DNA of 64,000 bases from an uncultured Bacteroides sp. (GTDB taxonomy: Bacteria; Bacteroidota; Bacteroidia; Bacteroidales; Bacteroidaceae). Below, piece after piece: positions 9,473 to 19,500 of the stretch. The translations under genes were made by a program, and so were the position numbers. The notes below the pieces were generated by a model that did not search any database, had not been told where the DNA came from, and saw only the letters and a list, made by a program, of their open reading frames with translations. Location of the stretch: the NCBI GenBank assembly GCA_964554265.1, contig CAZKOB010000002.1, forward strand, positions 386 to 64,385. Reading direction: 5' to 3'. How positions within the stretch are numbered: the stretch's first letter is position 1; each line of letters starts with the position of its first letter.

Positions 9473-9916
9473 AAAATTCCGGAAAGTCAGAACGGAACAG
9501 AATGCTATCTTCAGCCATCGCTTCTATGCGTTGTCTTAAAGTATTGCTATCTATAGAATGTCCATTTAATATATAACCTTTGAAAGGTTGGTAATTTTTC
9601 AAAGATAAAGTAAATGTTTTTTTCGATTGACAATAAATTATAGTGGTTTTATGTCTTTTTTTACAAATTATCTGAGAATTGTATAAGAATGTCTGATGCT
9701 TGTCATGCGTAGATTCCCAAGCCATGATGTTTAATAAATATTAAAATCTTTAGTTTGCATACTTTTGTGTCTTCAAAATCGAGCCAACAATACTTTTCTG
9801 TCGTATTAAATTCCCTGCACTGATTATCAAGAAGTACTACAAATTTGGAATGACTGAACCGGAAATATAAAAACACTCTTTTGAAAAATCAAAATCACCG
9901 TATTGTTTTTTGTAAT

Positions 9917-9994
9917 CAGCACTGCTGATTATAAAAACTGCACTGCTGATTTTATAATCTGCACTGCTGATTTTACAATCGGCAGTGCAGATTT
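9917..9994 (+). repeat. Four 21-bp-phased repeats with core c(a/t/g)gca(c/g)tgc(t/a)gatt
   Basis: Units start at 9917, 9938, 9959 and 9980. The first sits inside the 17-bp near-palindrome aatcagcactgctgatt (9914-9930). Units 2 and 3 are identical (ctgcactgctgatttta). Confidence 0.8.
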
Positions 9995-10462
9995 AAGAAA
10001 TAAGTGCGGTGAAAACTACTTTCCTGTGGAGTGAAATTAAATTTCTTCAGTCTGTAATGTAATGATTCTCAATGTTCTACAGGAAAAGAAAAGTTTGCGG
10101 CGGAGGAATCTGTGAGAACAACAGCTAAGAAACCATCCGACTCACGAGACGAGTCTGTAAATACACCGGTAAAATGATCTCTATTGTATATGGGAAACCG
10201 TTTTGCGCCCTATGGCAGGTACTTCCGTAAAAATGCTACATTCTTGGAGTGACTTTGTGCAATCAGCTCTTTGGCCTGCGGATTCAAATACTCTCAAAAT
10301 CGGCAGAAAACTTAGTTTTCTCCTTATTCTGTCATAAAAAAAACTATCATTGTTGGTGAAAAGAGATTTTTCAGTAACTTTGCAGCTATTACATGCGGAC
10401 TGCTGCAACAAGTTATACTGCTAATCAGAAATCTAAATATATAATTTTTATATCTTAAATAT

Positions 10463-11335
10463 ATGAGTTTAAAAATCATCGTACTCGCGAAGCAGGTCCC
10501 TGACACGCGCAATGTCGGACCGGACGCGATGACTCCGGAGGGAACTGTGAACCGTGCTGCTCTGCCGGCCGTGTTCAACCCCGAGGATTTGAATGCCTTG
10601 GAACAGGCTTTGAGATTGAAGGATGCCAATCCCGGTTCTACTATTACCATGCTTACAATGGGATTGCCGAAGGCAACGGAAGTGCTGCGCGAAGGACTCT
10701 TCCGTGGTGCGGATGCAGGCTGTCTGCTCACCGACCGTGTGCTTGGAGGTGCCGACACTCTTGCCACAAGTTATACTCTTGCTCAGGGCATAAGGAAAAT
10801 CGGAGATTATGACATCATCCTTTGCGGACGTCAGGCTATCGACGGGGACACTGCTCAGGTAGGTCCGCAGGTGGCAGAGAAGCTCGGTCTCACCCAGATT
10901 ACCTATACCGAGGAGATTCTGGAATGTACAAAGGAGAAGATTGTGGCAAGGCGCCATATCGACGGAGGTGTGGAAACAGTGGAAGGTCCTATGCCTATCG
11001 TGGTGACTGTCAACGGAAGTGCAGCTCCATGCCGCAGCCGCAATGCCAAGCTTGTGATGAAATACAAGAAGGCGAAGACTGCGCAGGAGATAGCGGCTCT
11101 TTCTGACGAGGAGAAGGCTTTTTATGAGGCCCGTCCTTATCTTATGATACAGTCGTGGGGCGCTGCCGATATTGATGCCGATCCGGCACAGATCGGTAAG
11201 GCTGGATCGCCTACGAATGTGAAGGCTGTCAAGAATATCGTATTCAAGGCAAAGGAGAGCAAGACACTGACTTCGGGCGATGCTGATGTTGAAGGTCTCA
11301 TCGTGGAACTTTTGGAGAGCAACACCATTGGATAA
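10463..11335 (+). CDS. etfB: Electron transfer flavoprotein, beta subunit
   Basis: 290-aa ORF starting MSLKIIVLAKQVPDT, with ILCGRQAIDGDTAQVGPQ, both typical of EtfB. It is followed by etfA and an acyl-CoA dehydrogenase. Confidence 0.92.
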   Translation: MSLKIIVLAKQVPDTRNVGPDAMTPEGTVNRAALPAVFNPEDLNALEQALRLKDANPGSTITMLTMGLPKATEVLREGLFRGADAGCLLTDRVLGGADTLATSYTLAQGIRKIGDYDIILCGRQAIDGDTAQVGPQVAEKLGLTQITYTEEILECTKEKIVARRHIDGGVETVEGPMPIVVTVNGSAAPCRSRNAKLVMKYKKAKTAQEIAALSDEEKAFYEARPYLMIQSWGAADIDADPAQIGKAGSPTNVKAVKNIVFKAKESKTLTSGDADVEGLIVELLESNTIG

Positions 11336-11587
11336 GATTTAAGTTCTTGGACTGTTCGCCGGATTTCCTGAGCTTTGCGGGACTTTGGGCGGATTCATCC
11401 GGACTGCCTGTCCGGATAGGGCGCCCGGTCGGGAGTTCTGGATGCCTGAATGGCCGTGTCGGAGTCATTCTCTTCGGGAAAAATCCGCAGGAATGGCAGC
11501 GGATGGAATTTTCGGGACGCGGATATACTATCTGTCCGCAGAGGACGCGGACGGTCCGGCAAACTTAAAAACAAAAAAACTAAAGAA

Positions 11588-12625
11588 ATGAACAACGTAT
11601 TTGTATATTGTGAACTTGAAGGCAACAAAGTTGCTGACGTAAGTTTGGAGCTTCTCACAAAGGGCCGCAAATTGGCGAATAAGCTCGGTGTGCAGCTCGA
11701 ATGTGTCTGCATCGGTTGCGGACTTGACGGTGTTGAGAAGCAGGTTATGCCTTTCGGTGTTGACAAAGTGCATGTGTTTGATGCTGAAGGCCTGTTCCCT
11801 TACACTTCACTCCCTCATACATCGGCTGTGGTAAATCTGTTCAAGGAAGAGCAGCCGCAGATCTGTCTGCTCGGTGCTACAGTTATTGGCCGTGACCTTG
11901 GTCCGCGTGTCTCTTCTGCATTGCATTCCGGACTGACAGCCGACTGTACTCAGCTTGAAATCGGAAGTTTCGACATGAAGGTGAAGGTGGACGGCGAATT
12001 TGTTGAAAAGCACTACGAGGACCAGCTTTACCAGATTCGTCCGGCATTCGGCGGTTCCATCATTGCGACTATCGTCAATCCGGAGCATCGTCCGCAGATG
12101 GCAACGGTTCGCGACGGAGTGATGAAGAAGGAAGTGCTTGATGAAAACTACAAGGGCGAAGTGGTTCGTCATGATGTGGCAAAGTATGTGCCTGAGACAG
12201 ATTATGTGGTCAAGGTTCTCGACCGTCATGTGGAGAAGGCAAAACACAACTTGAAGGGTGCCAACATTGTGATTGCCGGAGGATACGGTGTCGGTTCAAA
12301 GGAGGGATTCGACCAGCTGTTTGAACTGGCAAAGGAGATTCATGCCGAAGTGGGTGCAAGCCGTGCCGCTGTAGACGCAGGATGGATTGACCACGACCGT
12401 CAGGTGGGACAGACAGGTGTGACTGTACGTCCGAAGGTCTATATCGCTTGTGGTATATCCGGTGCTATTCAGCATATCGCCGGTATGAAGGACAGTGGTA
12501 TCATCATCTCTATTAATAGTGACCCTAACGCTCCGATCAACCAGATTGCCGACTACATCATCAACGGTACGGTTGAGGAGGTTGTGCCGAAGTTGATAAA
12601 ATATTATAAGAAGAATAGTAAATAA
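11588..12625 (+). CDS. etfA: Electron transfer flavoprotein, alpha subunit
   Basis: The family-like N-terminus MNNVFVYCELEG starts at the ATG at 11588. The C-terminal FAD-binding region is VYIACGISGAIQHIAGM. The ORF track opens at 11450, but that extension reads through a GC-rich spacer. Confidence 0.9.
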   Translation: MNNVFVYCELEGNKVADVSLELLTKGRKLANKLGVQLECVCIGCGLDGVEKQVMPFGVDKVHVFDAEGLFPYTSLPHTSAVVNLFKEEQPQICLLGATVIGRDLGPRVSSALHSGLTADCTQLEIGSFDMKVKVDGEFVEKHYEDQLYQIRPAFGGSIIATIVNPEHRPQMATVRDGVMKKEVLDENYKGEVVRHDVAKYVPETDYVVKVLDRHVEKAKHNLKGANIVIAGGYGVGSKEGFDQLFELAKEIHAEVGASRAAVDAGWIDHDRQVGQTGVTVRPKVYIACGISGAIQHIAGMKDSGIIISINSDPNAPINQIADYIINGTVEEVVPKLIKYYKKNSK

Positions 12626-12813
12626 AGCCGGACAGGCCGGTGATGGAGGTACGGATTCGGAATTGAAGACCGGAAACTTTAGGGGTCCGGTATGAGATTG
12701 CCGATTCTTCGTACCGGAGATTTCCGGATGAATGGTTTGGACAAGAAAAATGCCCGGTTGTCCTGAATGGCATCCTCCCCTTTGATTGGGAGGTTAGGAG
12801 GGGACTTTGATTT

Positions 12814-14541
12814 ATGGCAAATTCATATACAGATTATCCTGAAATAAAATTCCACATGGAGCATGACCTTATGCACCGTATTGTGGAACTCAAGGAACGC
12901 AGTTTTGCGGATAAGGAAGAGTATGACTATGCACCTCAGAACTATGAGGATGCAATGGATTCATACGACAAGACATTGGAGATTGTCGGCGATGTGACGG
13001 CTAACGTAATTGCACCGAACGCGGAGGCTGTAGATGCCGAAGGTCCTCATTGTGAGAACGGCCGCGTGCGCTATGCAGCGAAGACATACGAGAACCTTGA
13101 CGCTACGATCAAGGCCGGCATGAATGGTATGACGATGCCGCGCCGCTATGGCGGTCTCAATCTGCCTATTACGGTCTATACAGCTGCCAATGAGATTGTT
13201 TCTGCCGGAGATGCGGGTTTTGAAAATATATGGTCGCTTCAGGACTGTACAGAGACGCTTTATGAGTTTGGTAACGAGGACCAGCGTAAGCGTTTCATTC
13301 CGCGTGTATGTGCCGGTGAGACAATGTCTATGGACCTCACAGAGCCTGATGCCGGTTCTGACCTCCAGTCTGTTATGCTCAAGGCTACATATTCGGAAGA
13401 GGAAGGCTGCTGGTTGCTCAATGGCGTGAAGCGTTTCATCACCAATGGCGATTCAGATATACATCTCGTATTGGCTCGTTCGGAAGAAGGTACGAGAGAC
13501 GGACGTGGTCTTTCGATGTTCATCTACGACAAGCATCAGGGCGGTGTGAATGTACGTCGTATAGAAAACAAACTCGGTATTCACGGAAGTCCAACTTGTG
13601 AACTTGTGTATAAGAATGCGAAGGCTGAATTGTGCGGCGACCGTAAACTTGGTCTTATCAAGTATGTCATGGCTCTTATGAACGGCGCGCGTCTCGGTAT
13701 TGCTGCGCAGTCTGTCGGTATAGAGCAGGCCGCATACGATGAAGCGCTTGCATACGCAAAGGACCGCAAGCAGTTTGGCAAGGAGATTATCAATTTCCCG
13801 GCTGTATACGATATGCTCGCACTCATGAAGGCAAAGCTTGATGCGGGACGTTCATTGCTCTATATGACAGCGCGTTATGTAGACATTTATAAGGCTCTCG
13901 ATGATATTGCACGTGAACGCAAGCTCACTCCGGAAGAGCGCAAGGAGCAAAAGATGTATGCCAAGCTTGCCGATTCGTTCACTCCTCTTGCCAAGGGTAT
14001 GAACTCGGAGTTTGCAAACCAGAACTCATACGACTGTATTCAGGTGCATGGCGGTTCCGGCTTCATGCTGGAATATAAGTGTCAGCAGTTGTATCGTGAC
14101 GCACGTATCACAAGCATTTATGAAGGAACTACGCAGCTCCAGACTGTTGCAGCGATACGATATGTCACTAACGGTACATACATGAGCACTATCCGTGACT
14201 ATGAGGCGCTGCCGGTTATGCCTGAATATGAAGACTATATGAAGCGTATAAAGGAAATGGCTTCCAAGCTTGAGGCAAGTACTAATGCTGTGAAGGAAGC
14301 TGACAATCAGGAACTTCTTGATTTCTGTGCACGTAAGCTTTATGAAATGACAGCCTACACTGTCATGTGTCATCTCCTTCTTCAGGATGCACAGAAGGCT
14401 CCGGAACTTTTTGCGAAGAGCCTGAATGTGTTTGTCAACTATGCGGAGAGCGAAGTGGAGAAGCATTTCAACTATATTCGCAAGATGGATGCAGCGCAGC
14501 TTGACAATTATCGTCAGGCAGTGCCTACAGCTGAAGCGTAA
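12814..14541 (+). CDS. Acyl-CoA dehydrogenase, long (about 575 aa) form
   Basis: ACAD-like N-terminal, middle and C-terminal regions (e.g. MSMDLTEPDAGSDL, GGSGFMLEYKCQQLYRDARITSIYEGT), in an operon with etfBA. Confidence 0.9.
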   Translation: MANSYTDYPEIKFHMEHDLMHRIVELKERSFADKEEYDYAPQNYEDAMDSYDKTLEIVGDVTANVIAPNAEAVDAEGPHCENGRVRYAAKTYENLDATIKAGMNGMTMPRRYGGLNLPITVYTAANEIVSAGDAGFENIWSLQDCTETLYEFGNEDQRKRFIPRVCAGETMSMDLTEPDAGSDLQSVMLKATYSEEEGCWLLNGVKRFITNGDSDIHLVLARSEEGTRDGRGLSMFIYDKHQGGVNVRRIENKLGIHGSPTCELVYKNAKAELCGDRKLGLIKYVMALMNGARLGIAAQSVGIEQAAYDEALAYAKDRKQFGKEIINFPAVYDMLALMKAKLDAGRSLLYMTARYVDIYKALDDIARERKLTPEERKEQKMYAKLADSFTPLAKGMNSEFANQNSYDCIQVHGGSGFMLEYKCQQLYRDARITSIYEGTTQLQTVAAIRYVTNGTYMSTIRDYEALPVMPEYEDYMKRIKEMASKLEASTNAVKEADNQELLDFCARKLYEMTAYTVMCHLLLQDAQKAPELFAKSLNVFVNYAESEVEKHFNYIRKMDAAQLDNYRQAVPTAEA

Positions 14542-14565
14542 GGTTGTTTGAGAAAATATGTGGGT

Positions 14566-14600
14566 GGCAGAGGAATGAGAATTCTTCTGCCGCTTTTTTG
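14566..14600 (+). terminator. Rho-independent terminator after the acyl-CoA dehydrogenase gene
   Basis: ggcagaggaatgagaattcttctgcc hairpin followed by gcttttttg. Confidence 0.7.
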
Positions 14601-14604
14601 TTGG

Positions 14605-15417
14605 AGAACTCTTAGAGACATTTCTTCTTTCTTTTTGACACTAAGTCCACCTATCGCGGATGGAATCTTTTTAACACAATTAAGGTTCATTTGCATTTGA
14701 ATGATTGCTGATTTCTTGATAATTTGTAGATAAATGATTGATAATCAAAAAAATACTATTTGGGTAGAACGGTGCAGTTTTAGATGCAAGAAGTACAGGT
14801 TGGGACAAAAATAGGAAATGTTGATAATCAACAAGTTATGAAATTATTCATCCAAAAATCCTGTTTTTCGTCGCCGGAATCTATCTTTGTTTTTCGTGGC
14901 ATTGAAAAATCCGATTTAAACTTTTTAAGAATTTAATTTGTGCAGCACCAAATTTCTGTCCGAAAAACGGACGTTTTCAAACTCGTGCACCTTGAAAATA
15001 AATTTCGTTCACCTTGAAAAAATTTTTAAAGCGCCTTTTAAACAAATTTGGTGCACCTTGAAAATTTATTTTCAGCGTACTCTTTTTTCAGACGATGCAC
15101 ACGCGAATGTGAATAAATGTATCTTTTCGGAGCGAAAATTGTATTGTTTTCACATTTGAATTTCAAGGCCTGAAAATGGCCTCAGAATCGCAAAAATGGA
15201 ACTTCGGTAAGGTTCGGCCGATTTTAAGCGATTCTACGGGCTTTGAATTTTAACATTTCAGATTGTCAGAAAAAGTCCGTAATTTATGACAAATAGATGG
15301 TATGGAGTGGAGATGACCAAACTGATTTATGAAGACCTTAGAACTCATGAAAAGACATCAAAGAAAACGCGAGAATCTTCGATGAGAATGTTTTGGTGAC
15401 ACGATGCCGAAGTCAGG
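14605..15417 (+). repeat. Interspersed repeat, copy C. The core is present but the left-hand module is missing.
   Basis: Runs from the ttcttctttctttttgacac block (about 14621) to ggtgacacgatgccgaagtcagg (ends at 15417). Its internal three-repeat segment is in the direct-repeat configuration. Confidence 0.9.
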
Positions 15418-15471
15418 AAATACGACTTGTGAAGAAGCTCATATCCGTGCCTTTTGTATGGATTGGGAATC

Positions 15472-16332
15472 TCAGAAACCGCTAATTCTGCGAAACTCGG
15501 TGGGAGTCATGCCTGTTGTCTTTCTGAACAGACGAATGAAGTAAGAGTAGTCATTGTAGGCAAGGGTATATGCAATGTTTTTGACAGGCATGTTGCTCGT
15601 GACGAGCATCAGTTGGGCCCTTTCTATTTTCTTGTTGTTGATGTATTGCAGTGGCGAGAGTCCCGTTTCCCTTTTGAATATTCTGATAAAATACTCTTTT
15701 GACAGGCAGACTTCAGCTGCGACATTTTCTGTACAAAGCATATTGTACAGGTTCTTCTTGATGAAAGACAATGCCTTCTCCACACGCTCATCGGTCGTGC
15801 CTTCTTTGCGCTTGGCCTGTGCCAAGAACCGGGCGATGAGTATAAGGATGATTCCTTGCGATTCTATACGTCTGCTGATAGAGCTTTGTTTGTACCTTTT
15901 TATGTTGCTGATAAGCGTGGGATTGTTGTCGTATGTGGTAGGGTCAGAACTAGGCAAATGCATGGATGGATTCAGGTTCAGGAGTCTCTCAAACAGCATC
16001 TTGTCAGACTTTTCGGATGGAACTCCGACGGGAAATGTGTATTCGTCGAATATGCCTGATATGGATCTGTATTCTTCGTATATATGCAGATAGTAGTGGG
16101 TGAAAAGCGAATTGCAGATATAACTGTGTGGGGTGAATGCCGGTATCATGTACAGATTGTTCGGAGTTAATACATATTCTCCTTCAGGAAGGACGATGGA
16201 TGCGGTTCCTTCTGTGACATAATAGATGCGAGTGAAGGGACTTTGCACATTCTTCCAGTTCCAGTCGCATTTATGTTTGGCAAGGCCGATATTGAGAATG
16301 AGCGGACTGAATGGGGTGGCAGATAAGGTCAT
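15472..16332 (-). CDS. AraC-family transcriptional regulator
   Basis: C-terminal double helix-turn-helix typical of AraC/XylS (...YFIRIFKRETGLSPLQYI...YFIRLFRKTTGMTPTEFRR) and a cupin-like N-terminal half. The ORF opens with TTG at 16374; the first ATG is at 16332. It is divergent from the fucosidase gene. Confidence 0.88.
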   Translation of the reverse strand: MTLSATPFSPLILNIGLAKHKCDWNWKNVQSPFTRIYYVTEGTASIVLPEGEYVLTPNNLYMIPAFTPHSYICNSLFTHYYLHIYEEYRSISGIFDEYTFPVGVPSEKSDKMLFERLLNLNPSMHLPSSDPTTYDNNPTLISNIKRYKQSSISRRIESQGIILILIARFLAQAKRKEGTTDERVEKALSFIKKNLYNMLCTENVAAEVCLSKEYFIRIFKRETGLSPLQYINNKKIERAQLMLVTSNMPVKNIAYTLAYNDYSYFIRLFRKTTGMTPTEFRRISGF

Positions 16333-16541
16333 ATTTGTATTCTTGTAGTTTGAGGGTGATAAGTGTAGAGGCAAAACTACCTTTTTTTTGTGTATTATAC
16401 AATTAAAGAAAAAGGCAAATACTGCATGAATGTCAATTTTGTCCTATTTTATGCCTTTGATAGTCCTGTGTTGAACTGTATTATCTTGCTTATATTTGCA
16501 ATGGAATAAAAAAAGATACAGATAATAGATTTAATTTAACG

Positions 16542-19500
16542 ATGATGCAAGACTTGAAAAAATTTTTGTTTACGACAGCTGTGGCACTGTTGGTTGCAGA
16601 ATCTGTCCATGCACAGTCTGATGAACCGGTGAAGGAAGGTCGGTTCTCTCCTGACTGGAAAAGCCTTAGCGGGTGGACTTGCCCGGAATGGTTCAAGGAC
16701 GCCAAGTTTGGAATATGGGCGCACTGGGGACCGCAGTGTCAGGCAGAGGCCGGCGACTGGTATGCCCGCTTCATGTATTATGAAAATTCCGGAGCCTATA
16801 ATTGGCATGTAGAGCATTTCGGAGAGCCTGAAACATTTGGCTTGAAGGACTTGTGTAATGCTTGGAAGGCGGAGAAGTGGAATCCGGAAGAACTTGTCGC
16901 ACTCTACAAGAGTGTCGGTGCGCGTTATTTTTTCACTCTCGGCCAGCACCATGACAATTTTGACCTTTGGGACAGCCCTTATCAGGAATGGAACTCTGTG
17001 AACATAGGTCCGAAGCGTGACATTGTGAAGGAATGGAGCGATGCCTGCAAGAAGAACGGACTGCCGCTTGGAGTGAGTATGCACGGAAGCCATACATGGA
17101 CATGGATGGAGAAGTCGCAGGATTATGACGGCAATCTGACCAAGGAAGATGGATACAAGCTGAATGAGGATGGTACGGAGAAATGGTGGAAGGGACTTGA
17201 TCCGCAGGAACTTTATGCCCAGCGTCATCCGCACAGTACAGGTTGGGAAAATTCCGGTACGATTCACAGCCAGTGGGACTGGGGAGCCGGAGCGGCGCTG
17301 CCTTCGGAGGATTTTAAGATGAAGTTTCAGAACCGCGTGCTGCAGTGTATCAACGACTACCAGCCTTCTATGTTGTATTTCGATGATACCGTATTGCCAT
17401 TCTATGGATGCGATGACCGGATTGGACTCAACATCCTGTCGCATTATTACAACTGGAGTGCAGAGGCCAATGAAGGTACTCCGCAGGTTGTCGTCATGGG
17501 AAAGATTCTGGAAGATATGCACAAGCAGGCAATGTTATGGGATGTGGAGCGTGGTATTCCAGACCGTGTGCAGGAGGAGTATTGGCAGACGTGTACATGT
17601 ATTGGCGATTGGCATTACAATACATCAACGTATGAGAACAATGGCTATAAGTCAGCGCAGCAAGTGGTCGACATGTTGGTAGATGTGGTCAGCAAGAACG
17701 GTAACATGCTTTTGAGTGTTCCTATCAAAGGCAACGGTACGATTGATGAGAAGGAAATGGCTGTGCTCCAAGGAATAAAGGCGTGGATGGATATTAACGG
17801 CAAGAGTATATACGGAACGCGCCCGTGGAAGACTTTTGGTGAAGGTCCTCTTGCAGAGGCAAGCAATCCGATTAATTCACAGGGCTTCAATGAAGGCAAT
17901 AATTATACTTGCAACGATGTGCGCTTTGTGCAGAAGAATGACACGGTGTTCGCTACGATTATGCGCTGGCCTACAGGACAAAAATTTACGATAGAGTCGT
18001 TCGCTCCTACATCGAAGTACTATAGCGGAAAAGTGAAGAGCGTGGAACTTCTTGGTCATGGTAAGGTTGAATACACCCTGAATGTCGATGGCTTGACTGT
18101 TGTTTTGCCGGCTGTAAAACCGAATGGTATTGCTCCTGTATTTGCGGTTACCTTTGACAAAGACGATACGGAAGTGTCATTGTCAGAGATTCTGGAACTT
18201 TATGAACAGCGTGTGGCTGACCTGCTGAAGCTGACAAGTTATAATACCGGTAAGGTGAACCGTGAACGTGTGAATGATTTTGCCACTGTGGTTCGTGATG
18301 CAAAGGCATATATAAATAATGCAGATGAAGCTACTCAGCAGAATGTGTTGAATACTGTCAACGAAGCATATGACAAGTTGAGAAAGGAAGGTGCCAATGA
18401 GGGCGGAGCTCCGAACAAGGGGTATATGGCAGACGTTACGACGGAATATTTGGTGGAGTCGGCTAATTTCAGCCGTATGGACGATAAGGGTACGCGCTTC
18501 GGCACTCCTGCATATTGGACCGTGGACAATTTTAATATTCCGAATGGCAAAGATGGAGTGAAGAATGGATTGGATAACTATCCTGGGCATGACTGTCTGA
18601 TGCTCGGTGTCTGGAACGATATTTCAAACTCAGCACAAGGAGAACTTGCCAATGCGCGTATTTACCGAAAGGTGCATCTTGTTCCGGGACGATATTATTT
18701 CGGCGCTGCATATAATACGACTTATGGTATGAGCGACAAGGCTTATATCTTTGCAGCCGATTCTTTACTCGATACAGATGATATTCCTGACAGTTCGATT
18801 GCTTGTTGGCAAATAAACAAGAGCAAGACGAACGGCGAATTTACCGGTCTGTATTTCACGCTTACGGAAGAGCAGGATATCGTTTTGGGGTTTCAGGCAA
18901 ACTTGCTCAATGGAAGTACAACGCAGGAATTTCGTGTTGACAATGTGATTCTGCTCGATTACGGACAGATGAATTATAGTGCACTCGAAGATCTTATAAT
19001 GACAACCGAATTTGTGGCCGATGACTGCAAGGTGAATGACAATACCGGTTTCTTCAGTAAAGAGGCTGTAGGGAAATTGCAGGAAGCTTTGGAAGTGGCG
19101 AGAGAAGTCGATACGAACTCAAGCTATGATGAGGTGGAGACGGCATACAATCAGCTTAATGCCGCCTACGAGGATTTTATGCTCAACGGTAAGAACAAAG
19201 GCGGCGCACCGAACGAGGTCGGTTGTACAGATGTGACAACAGACTATCTTTTGGAATCTGCCGGTTTCAGCCGTGCGGATGAAAGCGTCACAACTCGTTT
19301 TGCTTCTCCTGCAAACTGGATTGTTGAAAATTTTAAGATACCTAATGGTAGTAATGGCATAAAGAACGGACTCGACAAGTATCCTGGTTATGACTGTCTA
19401 TCATTAGGTGTATGGAATGACAGAGATGACAATCAAGTCGGCAACCTCTCCAATGCGCGCCTGTATCGCAAAGTGCGTCTCAAGGCCGGCCGTTATTATT

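Noticed and set aside
9294-9725. 143-aa minus-strand ORF upstream of the TolC fragment
   Set aside because: It overlaps the TolC N-terminus by about 180 nt in another frame, lies in very AT-rich sequence, and has no motifs I can recognise. At best it is a remnant of a lost gene, so it is not called.
11450-11587. 5' extension of etfA given by the ORF track (391 aa)
   Set aside because: The extension translates a GC-rich spacer into Arg/Gly/Ser-rich sequence unlike EtfA. The family-like N-terminus starts at the ATG at 11588, which is preceded by an A-rich leader.
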